A stretch of DNA of 64,000 nucleotides from Chiloscyllium plagiosum (GCF_004010195.1 NC_057719.1:68810622-68874621); one strand, 5' to 3'. Shown: positions 26,739-40,100, numbered from the stretch's first letter. Translations and numbers: made by a program. Notes: generated from the sequence alone by a model not told the origin.

Positions 26739-28538
26739 AAAGTTGCCACCCAAGTTAATAGGGTTGCTAAGAAGGCATATGGTGTGTTGGCATTCATTAG
26801 TGGGAGTATTGAATTTAAGAGCCACGATGTTATGCTGCAGCTCTAGAGCCCTGATTAGACCACATGTGGAATATTGTGTTCAGTTCTGATCACCTCATTA
26901 TTGAAAAGATGTGGAAGCTTTAGAGAGGGTACAGAGGAGATTTAACAGGATGCTGCCTGGATTAGAGGTCATGTCTTATGAATCAAGCTTGAGGGAGCTA
27001 AGGCTTTTGAAGTTGGAGCGAAGAAGGATGAGAGGTGACTTGGTAGAGGTATACAAGATGATGAGAGGCATAGACACAGTGATTAGTCAGAGACTTTTCC
27101 CAAGGGCAGTAATGGGTATCACGAGGGGGCATAATTTTAAGGTGATTGGAGGAAGGTTTAGGGGAGATTTCAGAGGTTGGTCCTTTAGATAGAGATTGAT
27201 GGGTGCGAGAAATGCATTGCCAGCAGTGATTGTAGAGTCAAATACATTAGGGACTTTTAAACGACGCGTGGATAGGCACATGGATGATCGTAAAATGAAA
27301 GATATGTCGGTTAGTTTGATCTTAGAGTAGGATAAAAGATACAACATCAAGGACTGAAGCACCTGTACTGTGCTGTAATGTTCTATGTTCAATGATTGTG
27401 GAATCACTTGCCCTGATCTATCACCGCTATTTATGCAATTTACTATGCAAGTAGTCCTATGTTTACTTTCACCAGGTTGGCAGTTCATTTTTAGGTATGC
27501 CTGCTGCTACTCCTGGCATATTCTCCAGGATTCTTTTTTAATTCAGGGTGGATCCCCTGGTTTGATGGTAATGATTGACTGTGCCAGACCATAAGGTTAC
27601 AGATTGTTTTGGAGTATAATTCTGCTGCTGCTGATGGCCTGCAGCGCCTCTTGAATGCCCAGTCTGAAATTGCTTGATCTGTTCAAAATCTATCCCATTT
27701 AGAATGGTTATAGTGGTATCACAACTGGGTGAGTATCTTCAATATGATGTCAGGACTTCATCTCTACAAGAACAGTGCACTGGTCACTCCTTCCTGGACT
27801 ATCATGAACAGATGCATTTGTGGCAGGCAAATTGGTGGCTTTGTTCCTTTACCACTTGTCACTGATCCTTTCGAGCACTATGTCCTTTAGGTCTCGGCCA
27901 GCTCAACAATGGTGCTGCTGTCAAGTGCCCCATGCCCAGAGTAAATTCTGCCCCATTGCCATCTTTTGCAATGCCTCCAAGTAGTTATCTTGAGTACTGA
28001 TTCATCAGCTGAGGGAGAGGACATGTGCAGTAATCAGGAGAAGGTTTCCTTACCCAAGTTTCTTCAGATGCCATGTCAATTCATGAAGTCCACAGTCAAT
28101 GTTTAAGTAGCCTCTCCGTCCTGATTTTATCTCACAGTGCTGCTACCTCTGCTTGACTGTCCTGTATGACAGGATGCACTTAAAGATGGCAATGGTGTTG
28201 TCTCGGACATGGTCTACAGGCTGAACTTCAGTGAGTGTGTCTAATGTCAGGATTTGGCTTGGCTGTTCTGTGAGACTGTTTTGGTGCTAGCCCCTAGATG
28301 TTAGCAAGGAGGCAGGGCTTGTTGAGCTGAGTTTGCTGTTACCATTGTCAAGGACAATGCCAGATTGTCCAGACGGTTTCATTTTTTCTTTTGACATTCT
28401 TTAGCAGTTTGCTACAACTGAGTGGCTTGCCAGGCCATTTTAAAGAGCAATTAAGAGTCAGCCATATTGCCGTGTGTCTAGCGTCATGTGTAGGCCAGAC
28501 CAAGTAATTGTGGTGAGTTGTGTGATAGAGCCATGTAG

Positions 28539-28760
28539 AGTCAAGAGTGTGGTGCTGGAAAAGCACAGCAGGTCAGGCAGCATTGGAGGAGCAGGAAAAT
28601 CGACGTTTTGGGCAAAAGCCCTTCATCAGGAATTCCCGATGAAGAACTTTTGCCCGAAAAGTCAATTTTTCTGCTCCTCGAATGCTCCCTGACCAGCTGT
28701 GCTTTTCCAGCACCACACTCTTGACTCTAACCTCCAGCATCTGCAGTACTCACTTTCGTC
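28539..28760. mobile_element. Fold-back Penelope-type short element with two decayed hammerhead-like motifs
   Basis: Inverted arms 28539-28727 centred on GAATTC (28630-28635). 16-bp TSD tgatagagccatgtag (28523-28538) / tgatagagtcatgtag (28761-28776). Confidence 0.85.
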
Positions 28761-29247
28761 TGATAGAGTCATGTAGTCATACAGCATAGAAACAACCCCT
28801 TTGGTCCAACTAGTCCATGCTGTCCATAATCTCAAACTAAACAAGTACTGCCTGCCTGCACTTGATCCGTGCCCCTCCAAACATTTCTTTTTTATGTAGT
28901 CTAAATATTTTTGAAATGTTGTAACTGTACCCACATCCACCACTTCCTCTGGAAATTAATTCCATACATGAACCACTGTCTGTGCGAATAAAGATTAGCC
29001 CTTATGTTTTTTTAAAATTCTTCTCTCATCTTAAAAAATCTTGAAATTCCCCCCGAGGGAAAAGACACCTGCTATTCGCATAATCTATACCCCTCATGGT
29101 TTTGTAAACTTCTATAAAGTAGTGCCTTAACCTCCAGTGAGAAAAGTCCTAGCCTATCCAGCCTCTCCTCATAACTCAACCTTCTATTCTCGGCAAAATG
29201 CTGGCAAATCTCTTCTGAACCCTCTCCAACTTAATAATATCCTTTTC
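28761..29247 (-). mobile_element. CR1 LINE 3' fragment nested in the head of copy B
   Basis: (atagagtc)-type tail, catacagcatagaaacaacccctttggtcc; aaatctcttctgaaccctctcc encodes ERVQKRF on the minus strand. Confidence 0.8.
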
Positions 29248-32200
29248 TTGCCTACAGGATGCTAATGAACAATATGTCTTAAAATATTAAATCACCATTC
29301 GATAACTAGAATTTTAAAATTAAATTCAAGTTCCAACTTCTGCTGTGATGGGATTCGAACTCAGGTCCCCAGAATAGTACTTGAATTTCTGGATTACTAG
29401 TGCAGAGACAATGTCACTATGTCAATACCTCACCATGTGGGGTGAGGGTAAGGGTTGCTTGAGCTAGCTCACTGCCATGAATATTCCTTTATCTATACTG
29501 TGACCAAGCCTATTTAATTATCAGAGAGTCTACCGTAGACCATTAGTGAATCCAAAAAGAAGAGGAGATACCTGCCTTTGTTATCAAATTTTTTTATTTA
29601 ACAGAATGGTTTAGTAAATGACAGCAATAAATACAACTACATTTATAGACAGGTATCACTGCTAACGGCTCTCAGGAGCTGTACAGAATACATTTGCATC
29701 TTATGGAAGCCAGTGTAGGACTTCTTATCTCTGATGTGTGTGACACCATCCGGTTGGATGAGACTATAGCAACTTTAACTTTAACTCTTTTCAAAATACC
29801 ACTTGTAAAACAAGCCAAAAATACATGGAAGCTGCAGAGCAACCCTTTTAAAATAATCCCTACTGTTGGGAGGCTGCATGCACAGGTTCTTGGCATGAGC
29901 AAGCCTCATCCCTGGCCCAAGGGATTACCACATGTATACTGTGCGACCAGATCTTCACCTTCAGCAGCTATCTCAAGTCAAGAAAGTGTGAGCTGGGGCA
30001 GGCTTCAGCCTGTTTTTTCCTTATTCACTATTTATATTGATGACACATAAAAGATCTTATCCACTATCAAGAGCACTGTCAAGTCTATTTCATCAATTTG
30101 TGATTCTCGTTGTGTGCTAAGGCACTTGGATCAGCTGAAATGGGGACAATTAAAACTCAGCACTCAGTTCAAATGACCCTGCTGAGTTCAAGATTTCCTC
30201 CTATTTGAGTCATACCCACCCCTTTTCACGGCAGCAAAAATCGGATTTGTCAGAAAGTGGGATGGGACTTCAGCATCCAGGGCCCTCCTCCAATTTTGAA
30301 AGGCTCAGACACAGCTCAAGTGCCCTACCCAAAACAAATGCTTGGAAGTTAACAGTTGTAGCAACTCACTATCTGATTGAAAAATTCATCAACCTTGCTA
30401 TAACTACTAAGGTCCAATATTAACTTCACCAATAAGCAAAGTTTTTAAATAAATATAGAATAAGTAAATTAGACAGAGGATCCTTTTATCCAATCCATAA
30501 AGCTAACTTTATGCTTAGGCTGATTGGAGAAGACCCCCATTTGGCAGCTACAGACAAAATCCAGCCTTCCTTGGGTTACATTTTGTTTCAGTCAAAGCAC
30601 AGATGTAGTTTCAAAGTAGATGAAAATCTCTGGAGGCAACTCTATCTTCCCTGCCCCCAATCCCCATGGCAATTTTAATATTTGTAAGTTATTATCCTGC
30701 TGAGTTTCTTTTTTTGAGGAGTTTCCAGAAGATTTCCTATAAATCTGTATGCAGACTTTGTTTGAGGAGGACATAATAAGCAAATTAGCATTTTGACAGT
30801 TTATTTTTAAAAAGTGGAAATGTAGAAATTTTTAGTTTAATGCATTTTAAAACCAATAAATTAATTAAATGTAGTTCTTTTCACAGAGCCAATCCTAATA
30901 TCAATAGTAGTTTAGGAGAATTCTGCATTTACTGTTATTGCCCTGTGGAAAACAGCACATGTGAAACACATATCTAACACATTAAAAATGTACATTATGT
31001 TCTTATTGTTGATTAGTTTATGAGACTAATGCAAATGTAACTTTCTTCCTGTCGGATTTAGAACTGCATTATACAGTTGTGTTGTATTTTTAAGGACAGA
31101 TCATTGACAGTCAATTAACAAGCTTGATTGGTATGTCATATCATTCTTTTGAACTGTTAATAGTATGTTAATAACATTCTTTCCTTTGTGGTAGCCCATT
31201 TGTGGTTTCTTAGTAGCATAGCTTTTTTTTATTCCAACCAACCTAAAATAAATCCTAAATAATAGATTATTAAGCACCTGTCTGATGCAGCTTGGGGAGA
31301 TTTTTCCTGCATTGGGAGTTCACAGTGAATCCCTTTTGATATTGAAATTAAGGAGTGATAGCCTTTTTATTCAAATCATAACTTCTTTTGATGGTAGCTT
31401 GTTAAGAAATATTCAGTGAAAGTCTGACCTTATCTGGTTTCCTGTGGAACAGAACTCTGATGCTGTCTGAAGGTTCATAAATGGAATGCCAATGACAATT
31501 TGTTGTTGTCGTTTTGCTGCCTCAGCCCTCAGTTGCGGGTAGTTGATGTACAGCTCTCACTTTACCAAATAACCCTTCCAAGTAAATGATCTTCTGATTG
31601 ATCTGATGGTTTCAAAGCACTGGGTACTCATTTATGGTTTGCAGTCATAGTAATTTAAGCTTGTACTGTTGCACTGAAAAATGCATCAAAGTTGACAGCC
31701 AAACTTGACGGACTGGCACAGTATCATGTGAAACCTGATATGGGAAGCAGGTTTCTTCAACAGCCATTTTTTTCAGAAGTACACAGTACTCTCCAATTGG
31801 AATTGAAAGGAACTGCTGCATAGTTGCACATAATAATAAATTTGAACATATTGGAGTTTTGAAAAACAGAGTCTTCAATACTTTAGTGTAAAAAGGCTTG
31901 AATGAGGTTTAGCCTGTAATGCTTTTGTGAATTAAAGCTGATGTAATATAGTTTCCGTCATCAGATTGAAAGTATGGTATTAAACTGCAGTAAAATGACA
32001 GAGTCTTTCTCTTTGTTTGAAGATTAATTCAGTTCTTGGCATTTCTTGTGCAGATTAGATTTCAATCTATTTTGGAGATCAGTGAAATCTCGTTCTACAC
32101 CCTGAAATTGTTTTCTTTTGTATAACAGGGATAATCTTTAACTTGCTAAATTAAGTTTTGTATTTTCAAAGTTTATTTCCAAGTTTTTTGCACTGATAAT

Positions 32201-32549
32201 ATACTCATGAATCTCGGCTATTGTATAGGTTATTGTTTTCATCTAAGTAAGTTATTTGCATGTTAACTGAGCTGTTACTTTTGTTTTGAAAGTTGATTTA
32301 AGGTACCAAAAAACTGCACGAAATAAAGATTCCTGAGAACTGTTTTCCTAACAAAAATTGGTCATCATTCATGTTAAAAGATGTTACCTTTCCTTGAATA
32401 TTCTGAAACTTCATTAATAACAACTTCACTTGAAGTGAGGGCTTCAGCTTTGTGCATTATAGGTTCTGTTTGAGCTTGAGAGAGAGGGAAAGAGTCCAAA
32501 TTTGTCACTTTATTTATGTTTCGTCTCAGCAGACAATTGTCACAGCCCA

Positions 32550-32680
32550 TCCTGCCAAAGCATTCAGTAGCACAAGACACCACATGGACTGTAGCAGTTC
32601 AAGAAGGTAGCTCAGCACCATCTTCTCAACAGCAGTGAGGAATGCACAGAACTTCATATTCATAAAAGAATAAAAAAAAG
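32550..32680 (+). mobile_element. Isolated 3' tail of the tRNA-headed LINE family
   Basis: catggactgtagcagttcaagaaggtagctcagcaccatcttctcaa matches the copy A tail and ends in an A-run. Confidence 0.65.
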
Positions 32681-34575
32681 TTAAGATCAATATAATGTTG
32701 AATTGTAAGCCAGGTTTGAATTAGCAGAGTGCAAATTAGTTGTTAAGTCTGCCTGTCCAAAGTTGGAGCAGCTCATATATTAAAAATACACCATTTAGTA
32801 TGTAACATAATCGTTGCAAATTGAAGCAAATGCAGACTGATGAATTGCTTGTTGGGTGGATCTGTATGTATGGCTTCTTAGAACCTTCCACCAATATAGG
32901 GTAAACACCACCTTGAAGTTCCTAATGCCTTTCTCTAGAGTCAGAATTGGAAGCCAGACAATGTCCAAAAGTGATCTGAGGGTTATATCTAGCTGTGACA
33001 TTCTTTTTGTTTCAAAAAACGTCTTCAGACTAGTCCAGGTATCTATTGAAATCTGTGATGAATGATTTTTTTCGAAGAAGTTCCTAATTTTAAAAGAACT
33101 TAAATTTTATTCCAATGAATTTTCGTTCAATGGGATGTAGCCCCCTTTCCATTCTTAAGTCAATGATTCAGTGCTGATTCATTGTTTCATGGGTGCCTGT
33201 CCTCATCAGATCTCTTTGCAATTGGCCATAAACCTCAGTAATCTGCCTTATAACAATGTTGTATTGTGGGAGAACATTACGTGTGCGTCTCTTTATAGCT
33301 ATTGCTGTCGAAGCTAATTGTAGTGTCCTCTGCCTCCAGCTGATATCAGCCAATTCACCACAGACTTCGGGCTCAAATCTGGGAGCATCTTGTTGTTTGC
33401 AATAAATGATCAGTAGGAGTGACTTCTCTCAGCCAAGTCTTGAATTTAGAGTCATAGAATCATACATTTCTCTCTGCGTATAATAAATTTCACTGAAACA
33501 TATTCATGCAACATTGTTAAAAGTTTTCAAAGTATTTCTGCATCTTATATTTAGTTTATCATGGCCAATGAAAGGTCTGAAAGATATATCAAAGCTGTAT
33601 GTGCCGATTACGCCATAGTGTGCTTTCATCTTACTTGTGGTTAAAGAGAGTGTGATGGTGTATCCTCAGTTCATGTACACCTCACACTTGTGACTAAATT
33701 TATTTAGGTAAATTGGACAGCTTACAGTAAACTACTTGATGGTTAAGATCAATTAATGCATTGACAAATGTTTGCCAACTTACTTTAGTGATAGTTATTT
33801 CAGACTATGTAAGGTCCTGAATATGATATTCTAGAGTTCTTTCTTTTCTGTTTGATTTGAATTATCAGTTAATGGGTTAACAGCAATGGTTCAATTTGGA
33901 AACACAAAAATGTGGAGCAGCCATATTCTAATCAACTTCACCTGTTGTCCACCACCAACTCATTAACATGCAAAATACATCCATACTAAAAATAATCACC
34001 TATGAACTCTCATATCACTCATAATCCTATTCAGTCAATTGCATTTTTTATTTCTGTTCCCTTACATCCTATCTTCAGGCCAAGACTTTTTTTCTGTCCT
34101 GGTCAGTTCTATTCCTGTTCCTCCATGGCTCCCATTAACCCTCAGACCTCCCAGTCCAGACTACTGTCTGGCAAACTGAAGCTAGAAACCTGCTTTCTCC
34201 TGAGGAACTTGGGATGATTGATGTCAAGGGAGATGAAACATTGGGGAAATTCCATACGACAAACTTCATCCACTGCTTGCAAATAACATCACACAAAAAC
34301 CCCAAGACGGAAATCCCAGAATCAACGGGTAGTTTCTATTGAACACTAGAACACCAATACATTGTTGCAAAATAACTAACAAAATCATTAGAGATCTGAT
34401 TAAAGCCTGGTGCTATTCAAGTCCTTGTAAAACAACCTTTATTTTTAAAAACAGTTTCTAAGCAATTTTGAAGCTGTCATCTATTTTTTCCACAAAGAAA
34501 ATTTGTAAAAAAACGTCAATAGAAATCTGGTGCTATTGCAACTTAAGGAAAAAAACATTTTTATATAAATGGGGT

Positions 34576-35613
34576 TATTGTGTACAGTTCTGGTCACCGC
34601 ATTATAAGAAGGATGTGGAAGCTTTGGAAAGGGTACAGAGGAGATTTACTAGGATGTTGCCTGGTATGGAAGGAATGTCTTATGAGGAAAGGCTGAGGGC
34701 CTTGAGGCTGTTCTCATTAAGAAAAGGTTGAGAGGTGACTTAATAGAGACATGCAAGATAATCAGAGGGTTAGATAGGGTGGAAAAGGAGAGCCTTTTTC
34801 CAAGAATGGGGACGGCAAACATGAGGGGACACAAGTTTAAAATGAGGGGAGATAGGTATAAGACAGATGTCAGAGGTAGTTTCTTTACTCAGAGTAGTAA
34901 AGGTATGGAATGCTTTGCCTGCAACGGTCGTAGATTCGCCAAGTTTAAGTGCATTTAAGTCGTCATTGGACAGGCACATGGACATCCATGGAATAGTATA
35001 GGTGGGATGGGCTTCAGATTGGTATGACAGGGTGGCGCAACATCAAGGGCTGAAGGGCCTGTACCACACTGTAATGTTTTATGTTCTATGTTCTATTGTG
35101 TACAGTTCTGGTCACCGCATTATAAGAAGGATGTGGAAGCTTTGGAAAGGGTACAGAGGAGATTTACTAGGATGTTGCCTGGTATGGAAGGAATGTCTTA
35201 TGAGGAAAGGCTGAGGGCCTTGAGGCTGTTCTCATTAAGAAAAGGTTGAGAGGTGACTTAATAGAGACATGCAAGATAATCAGAGGGTTAGATAGGGTGG
35301 AAAAGGAGAGCCTTTTTCCAAGAATGGGGACAGCAAACATGAGGGGACACAACTTTAAAATGAGGGGAGATAGGTATAAGACAGATGTCAGAGGTAGTTT
35401 CTTTACTCAGAGTAGTAAAGGTGTGGAATGCTTTGCCTGCAACGGTCGTAGATTCGCCATGTTTAAGTGCATTTAAGTCGTCATTGGACAGGCACATGGA
35501 CATCCATGGAATAGTATAGGTGGGATGGGCTTCAGATTGGTATGACAGGGCGGCGCAACATCAAGGGCTGAAGGGCCTGTACCGCACTGTAATGTTTTAT
35601 GTTCTATGTTCTA
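34576..35613 (+). repeat. Tandem duplication (2 x 518 bp) of a CR1 3' end
   Basis: Units start at 34576 and 35094 (tattgtgtacagttctggtcacc). About 6 substitutions were seen between units. Each unit encodes YCVQFWSPHYKKDVEALERVQRRF and ends in (atgttct)n. Confidence 0.95.
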
Positions 35614-36818
35614 ACAGTTTTGTATGATTTCTGTTGCACTCCAAATTACTTATTTTATGGTCCCTCTAACCAATGGAATTGTGCCTCATTTTTGTCAAGT
35701 CATGTTTACCTTAATTTTTTGCCTTTAATTGATCTGTCTGATGCTATGTCAACTTATTTTCTGATGCTGAAATTTAATCTTTTCTATAAATGAGCAGCCT
35801 CACTCTCTTGGCAATGGAGCAACTGACACTTGGTACAGGTTGTACATCATATTTCCAGTTGCTTTTTCTAGCATAACATGGATTTTTGTAAGCAGCCAAA
35901 TTATCAAGACCATATACACAACAGACCTATTTAATTGTTTTATTTTCAAAGTATGCTTCAGGAATATTGTATACTGTTGACAGTGTTGACTCTGGCTGAA
36001 AATTGCTCTTTACGTTTATGCCAGAGTAAAGGACTCAGCTTAGCTTAGTCTAAATGCTGGGAGCCTCGCTCATGCCTTCAGTCCAAGTAATTGCCAATAT
36101 AACTTCCTAAAGGTAGAATGGCAACAAGATTCTATTTGAGCTCTTCTGGAACCATGTTGACGATAGGAAGTAACAACTTCAACAAAGCAGGAGGGTAATT
36201 GTAAAGATATTGATAATGGAAATAAGTCCAAATTCAACTTAAGATTACTTTTGATGAAAATAATGAAAAGAACAATGGGCAAATGACACACAAAGCAAAA
36301 TGTTGCAACTCCTTCACAGTTTTGGAGGGCCACAGAGAAGAACAGGAATTCAATTACCAAGTTGGAAGAAAGAGGCATTTGAATTGCAGTGAGCAAAAGT
36401 CAAGTTGAGAGTTCGGCTTTAAGAAGGCTTTTATAAGTTGTAAAATAAATAATTAGTTCAAAAATGTTTGATGAAAATTCCAGAGATCTGAATCATTGTA
36501 AAGATCTCTGATGGAATTTGTAAATGGATGCAATTGTTAAAGTTGGAACATGAAGAAAGGGTATAGGACATAGGTGAGAAGGATTTACACACATGCTAGT
36601 ATGACTTTGTATGATAAGATGAGTTAGTGTATATCACATGGCGTTTGAGAATCTGGTGGTGAGAGTGTTGGAAAAGGTAAAACTTGAAAGCAGTGAAGAG
36701 CTGTGGTTTTCACAGAGGTGTTGGTCAGGAGACCAGAAATAGGTGGTGGTTTTTTTTTAAACATGTATTGACCTTCTTGTAGTTTTCTTAATGCATTCTG
36801 CGATTATAAGGTAATCAA

Positions 36819-37160
36819 GGGAGGCAGTGGCCAAGTGGTATTATCGTTGGACTGTTAATCCAGAAACCCAGGTAATGTTCTGGAAACCCAGGTTTGAATC
36901 CTACCATGGCAGATGGTGGAATTTGAATTCAATAAACATCTGGAATTAAGAGTTTAATGATGACCATGAATTCATTGTTAATTGTTGGAGAAATCCCATC
37001 TGATTCACTAATGTCATTTAGGGAAGGAAACTGCCATCCTTACCTGATCTAGCCTACAGCAATGTGGTTGACTTTTAACTGCCCTCTGGGAAATTAGAGA
37101 CAGGCAATAAAAGGTGGCCTAGCCAGTAATGCCTTCATCCCGTGAATGAATAAGAAAAAA
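36819..37160 (+). mobile_element. tRNA-derived SINE sharing both head/body and tail with the tRNA-headed LINE
   Basis: TGGCCAAGTGG A box and GGTTTGAATCC B box. The body ttcactaatgtcatttagggaaggaaactgccatccttacc...cagcaatgtggttgac matches the 5' end of copy A, and the tail ggcaataaaaggtggcctagccag...gaatgaataagaaaaaa matches its 3' end. Confidence 0.85.
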
Positions 37161-40100
37161 GTCAAAGGAAAATATATTGCTTTCATGTGAATTAACAAGA
37201 ATGAATACATAATTATTGAGGGAAAATAATTTTTAGAGGGTAGTGGCATTTACTTTGAAGGCTTTTACTAACATGAAATGGTAAACCATTGACTTGTGCA
37301 GTTAGATTTGTTCCCCAAATAGTTATTTGCTGTTCATAACTGTTAATTGCACTTAGAAGTCCTGTTAATGATGTCCCAAACAATTTTTCTATTAAAGAAG
37401 ATAACAAATCAACTTAATTTGCAAATGTTCTTTCATTGTAAACCTCTGATTTGTCAAACTGTATTTCTCAGATTATATATTATATGATGTTTACAGTGCA
37501 CTTGTGTTTAATTTTCCCTTATCTTCTTTTTGCCAGAAATTTTGTGGCAGAAATTTCTCATTAACATTTCATTTGGTCATTTGTGGCAAATTAATATGGT
37601 GTTGGCCAAATATGGCAGAGAAAACAATATCAAATAATTTCTCAAATGTTTTGAAAATAAGACATTAAATCATAATTTGGATATTCCTGCCAACAGTTAA
37701 ATATTTAAACACTAATTTACAGAGTTTTTTTATCTATGTGTAACATTGATATTACTGTGTAATAATTTACATTAAGTGCATTTGGACCACTCAGTAACTT
37801 AAAAAAATGTTTTACTATCACTGTGTCCAATACTGCTTTTCACTTGTTATGGTTCTTTGAATGAATTGTGTGTTAGTTTTTCTTCTCAACATTTTTCATC
37901 CAAATTTTGTTCTTCCTTCTGGTGTGGCATTTAGCCAGTCTTTCTACCTTCTTTATTTCTGCTTTACCAGGCTACACCAAGCTCATGTTGTTTGGCCTGG
38001 CAGTTACAGAAAATCGTAATGTCTGTTTTCAAATGTTTAATGTGGCAAGTGATGCCACTATTGTAGTGGTTTGTATCTATCAGTAAGGACTGGCACAGTG
38101 CTCTGTAGAGGACAGTAGTGTCTCTGCCAAAAACTTTTTAAATTTCTACAATTAACTATGCATATCTGTACTGTCAGCTTTCCTTCATGATAGAAATTAT
38201 GTGCAGGGTTATGGGGAATTGACAGGTGATTGGCAATAGAACTGGTACAGGCATGATGGCCAAATGGCTTCCTCCTGCACCATATCAATTATTTGATTGT
38301 CATTCTTTGAAACTTTAAGATGGTTTCCCTCATTGCTATCTTTACCACATCAACCACAGCTATTTATTGATTTACTAATAGATTGACTAATGAGATTACT
38401 CACCTCCTAATCCCACCTTCATTGTCCACCAATCCCCCACAAATCGCCCACCAATTCCCCATCACCACCACCACGTCTGGCTTTCCCATTCTCCATTAGT
38501 GTACCTTTCTTTACCCAAATTACTTGTGGAACTTGAATATTTCTGAAAAGAGGTTTTTCTTTTTATCTTGCACTCCTCTGGATCAATACAAGAATGCCAA
38601 ATTATTATGCTCATTTGAAACGTATATTCTTGCATCTTCTCTGAAATATTCAAATAACTTCATTGGTTTGTGTGTAAAGTATCATCCCTGAAAGCAGCAA
38701 ATTGCTTTTGAAATTTTTAATCTTTCAATTTTTCTTTCTGAACTTTTCCTCCCTCTTGATCCAATCTTTCCTCCTCTTTATTTCCTTCTCTGAACTTAAT
38801 TTGACTCTATTTCACCCTATTTCCATCTCCATTGCTTTTCTGTTTCCTTCTCCATCCTTAAGTCTCATTGATTAAGGAGATAGACTGTTGGTCCTGTCAT
38901 TCATCAAGGTCCCAGATGGCCCATTGACCTCGCTGTGCTGTTATCAGCTCTCACTTCCAGCAATAAGAAACCCTATTGTCAGTAAAGACCAGGATTTGAA
39001 TTCAGGTTTTCAGTTTTATGATCCAGTGTCTATACAGCTATAGCTACTCAGCTCTTCATGCAAATAGGTACACAATACAAAATGGGACATAGACTTAATA
39101 CCAATTATGAATCCCTGATTATTCATTTTTTATAATGTAATTGGTTAAAATGGATAAAGAGACACCCTGATTGATTTGTATAAATAGCAAACATTTCAAC
39201 ATTGAAAGCAAAATGCTTAGCTTAATCAAACAATTTTCTGAATGCTGAGTGGATGAAGGCTTTTGCAAATTGAGACTTTTTAATGAAAAACATGATCTGA
39301 TTTTCACAAGCTTCAACTGATACAGCCTAATTAAAACCATATTACCCAAGAGCTGCAGAAACTAGTTGCTTGATTATACTAATTATTAATTTCTGAAATT
39401 GAAGCCGTTGAATGAAGATAATTTTAGTTTGCATTTAATTTACTAAAATTAGTCTTGTGCGTGAAACACTGACATTCAGGATTTATTCAATGTGTGGCTC
39501 TCAGGCTTTATGTGGGACAGACAGTGGTCCCTTATTCACATCTTGTGAATTGTAATTCTGATCACTGTTTATTCTTTTCTGATTGCATTTATGGCATAGG
39601 AAAAATTAAAATAAATGGTCATATTTGCAACAATTAAGACACTAATTGAACCTGAAGAGCTGAGATTATTTACCAGTGAGGCTACAAATTTAACATCTCT
39701 AATCTTGTTATGAAAAGATTTTCTGTCTGTGTGTGTCAGTATGGGTTCTTAGCCTGAGGTTCTAATTGATCCAGCCATTGAGGTCTACCCTAAGGTCATA
39801 AGGTCACATGGCTTTCCAAAAGCCAGCAATTAGCGCATTGTCACTTGTGGTTATTTACATTGGCAGCATCTTGTAAGCAAGTATTTGACTGGCAAGTCAG
39901 CAGGTCAATGGGTCTTATCTGAACCTGTGACCTATTGGGATAGCAGGGATAACTGGAACAGCTTGCAGCATTAATAAGATAAGTTTTGATACATTACAGA
40001 TTAAACATACCCTTCAAAACAGCAAGTATTTAACATGTCATCCTGGAAGAGATCACTTTTTCTGAAATGTCAGCCAATAAACTTGTGTTAAAAATGTCTA

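Larger units (their letters stand above)
24341..27392 (+). mobile_element. CR1 LINE, 5'-truncated within the endonuclease, nested in copy B
   Basis: [59 protein letters not shown]; tail ...gctgtaatgttctatgttc. Confidence 0.93.
22960..29435 (-). mobile_element. Copy B of the tRNA-headed LINE, split by nested insertions
   Basis: RT GVPQDSVLGPTIFNYSINDLP...MFADD at 23259-23612. The sequence is colinear with copy A up to 24340, resumes at 27393 (tgatt on both sides), has the SINE-like body at 28410-28505 and the head with B box GTTCGAATCC at ~29350-29435. Confidence 0.82.

Noticed and set aside
37525..37695. Cluster of TGGCA/TGCCA half-sites (NFI-like)
   Set aside because: No full TTGGC-N5-GCCAA site, and short motifs in AT-rich DNA are not sufficient evidence.
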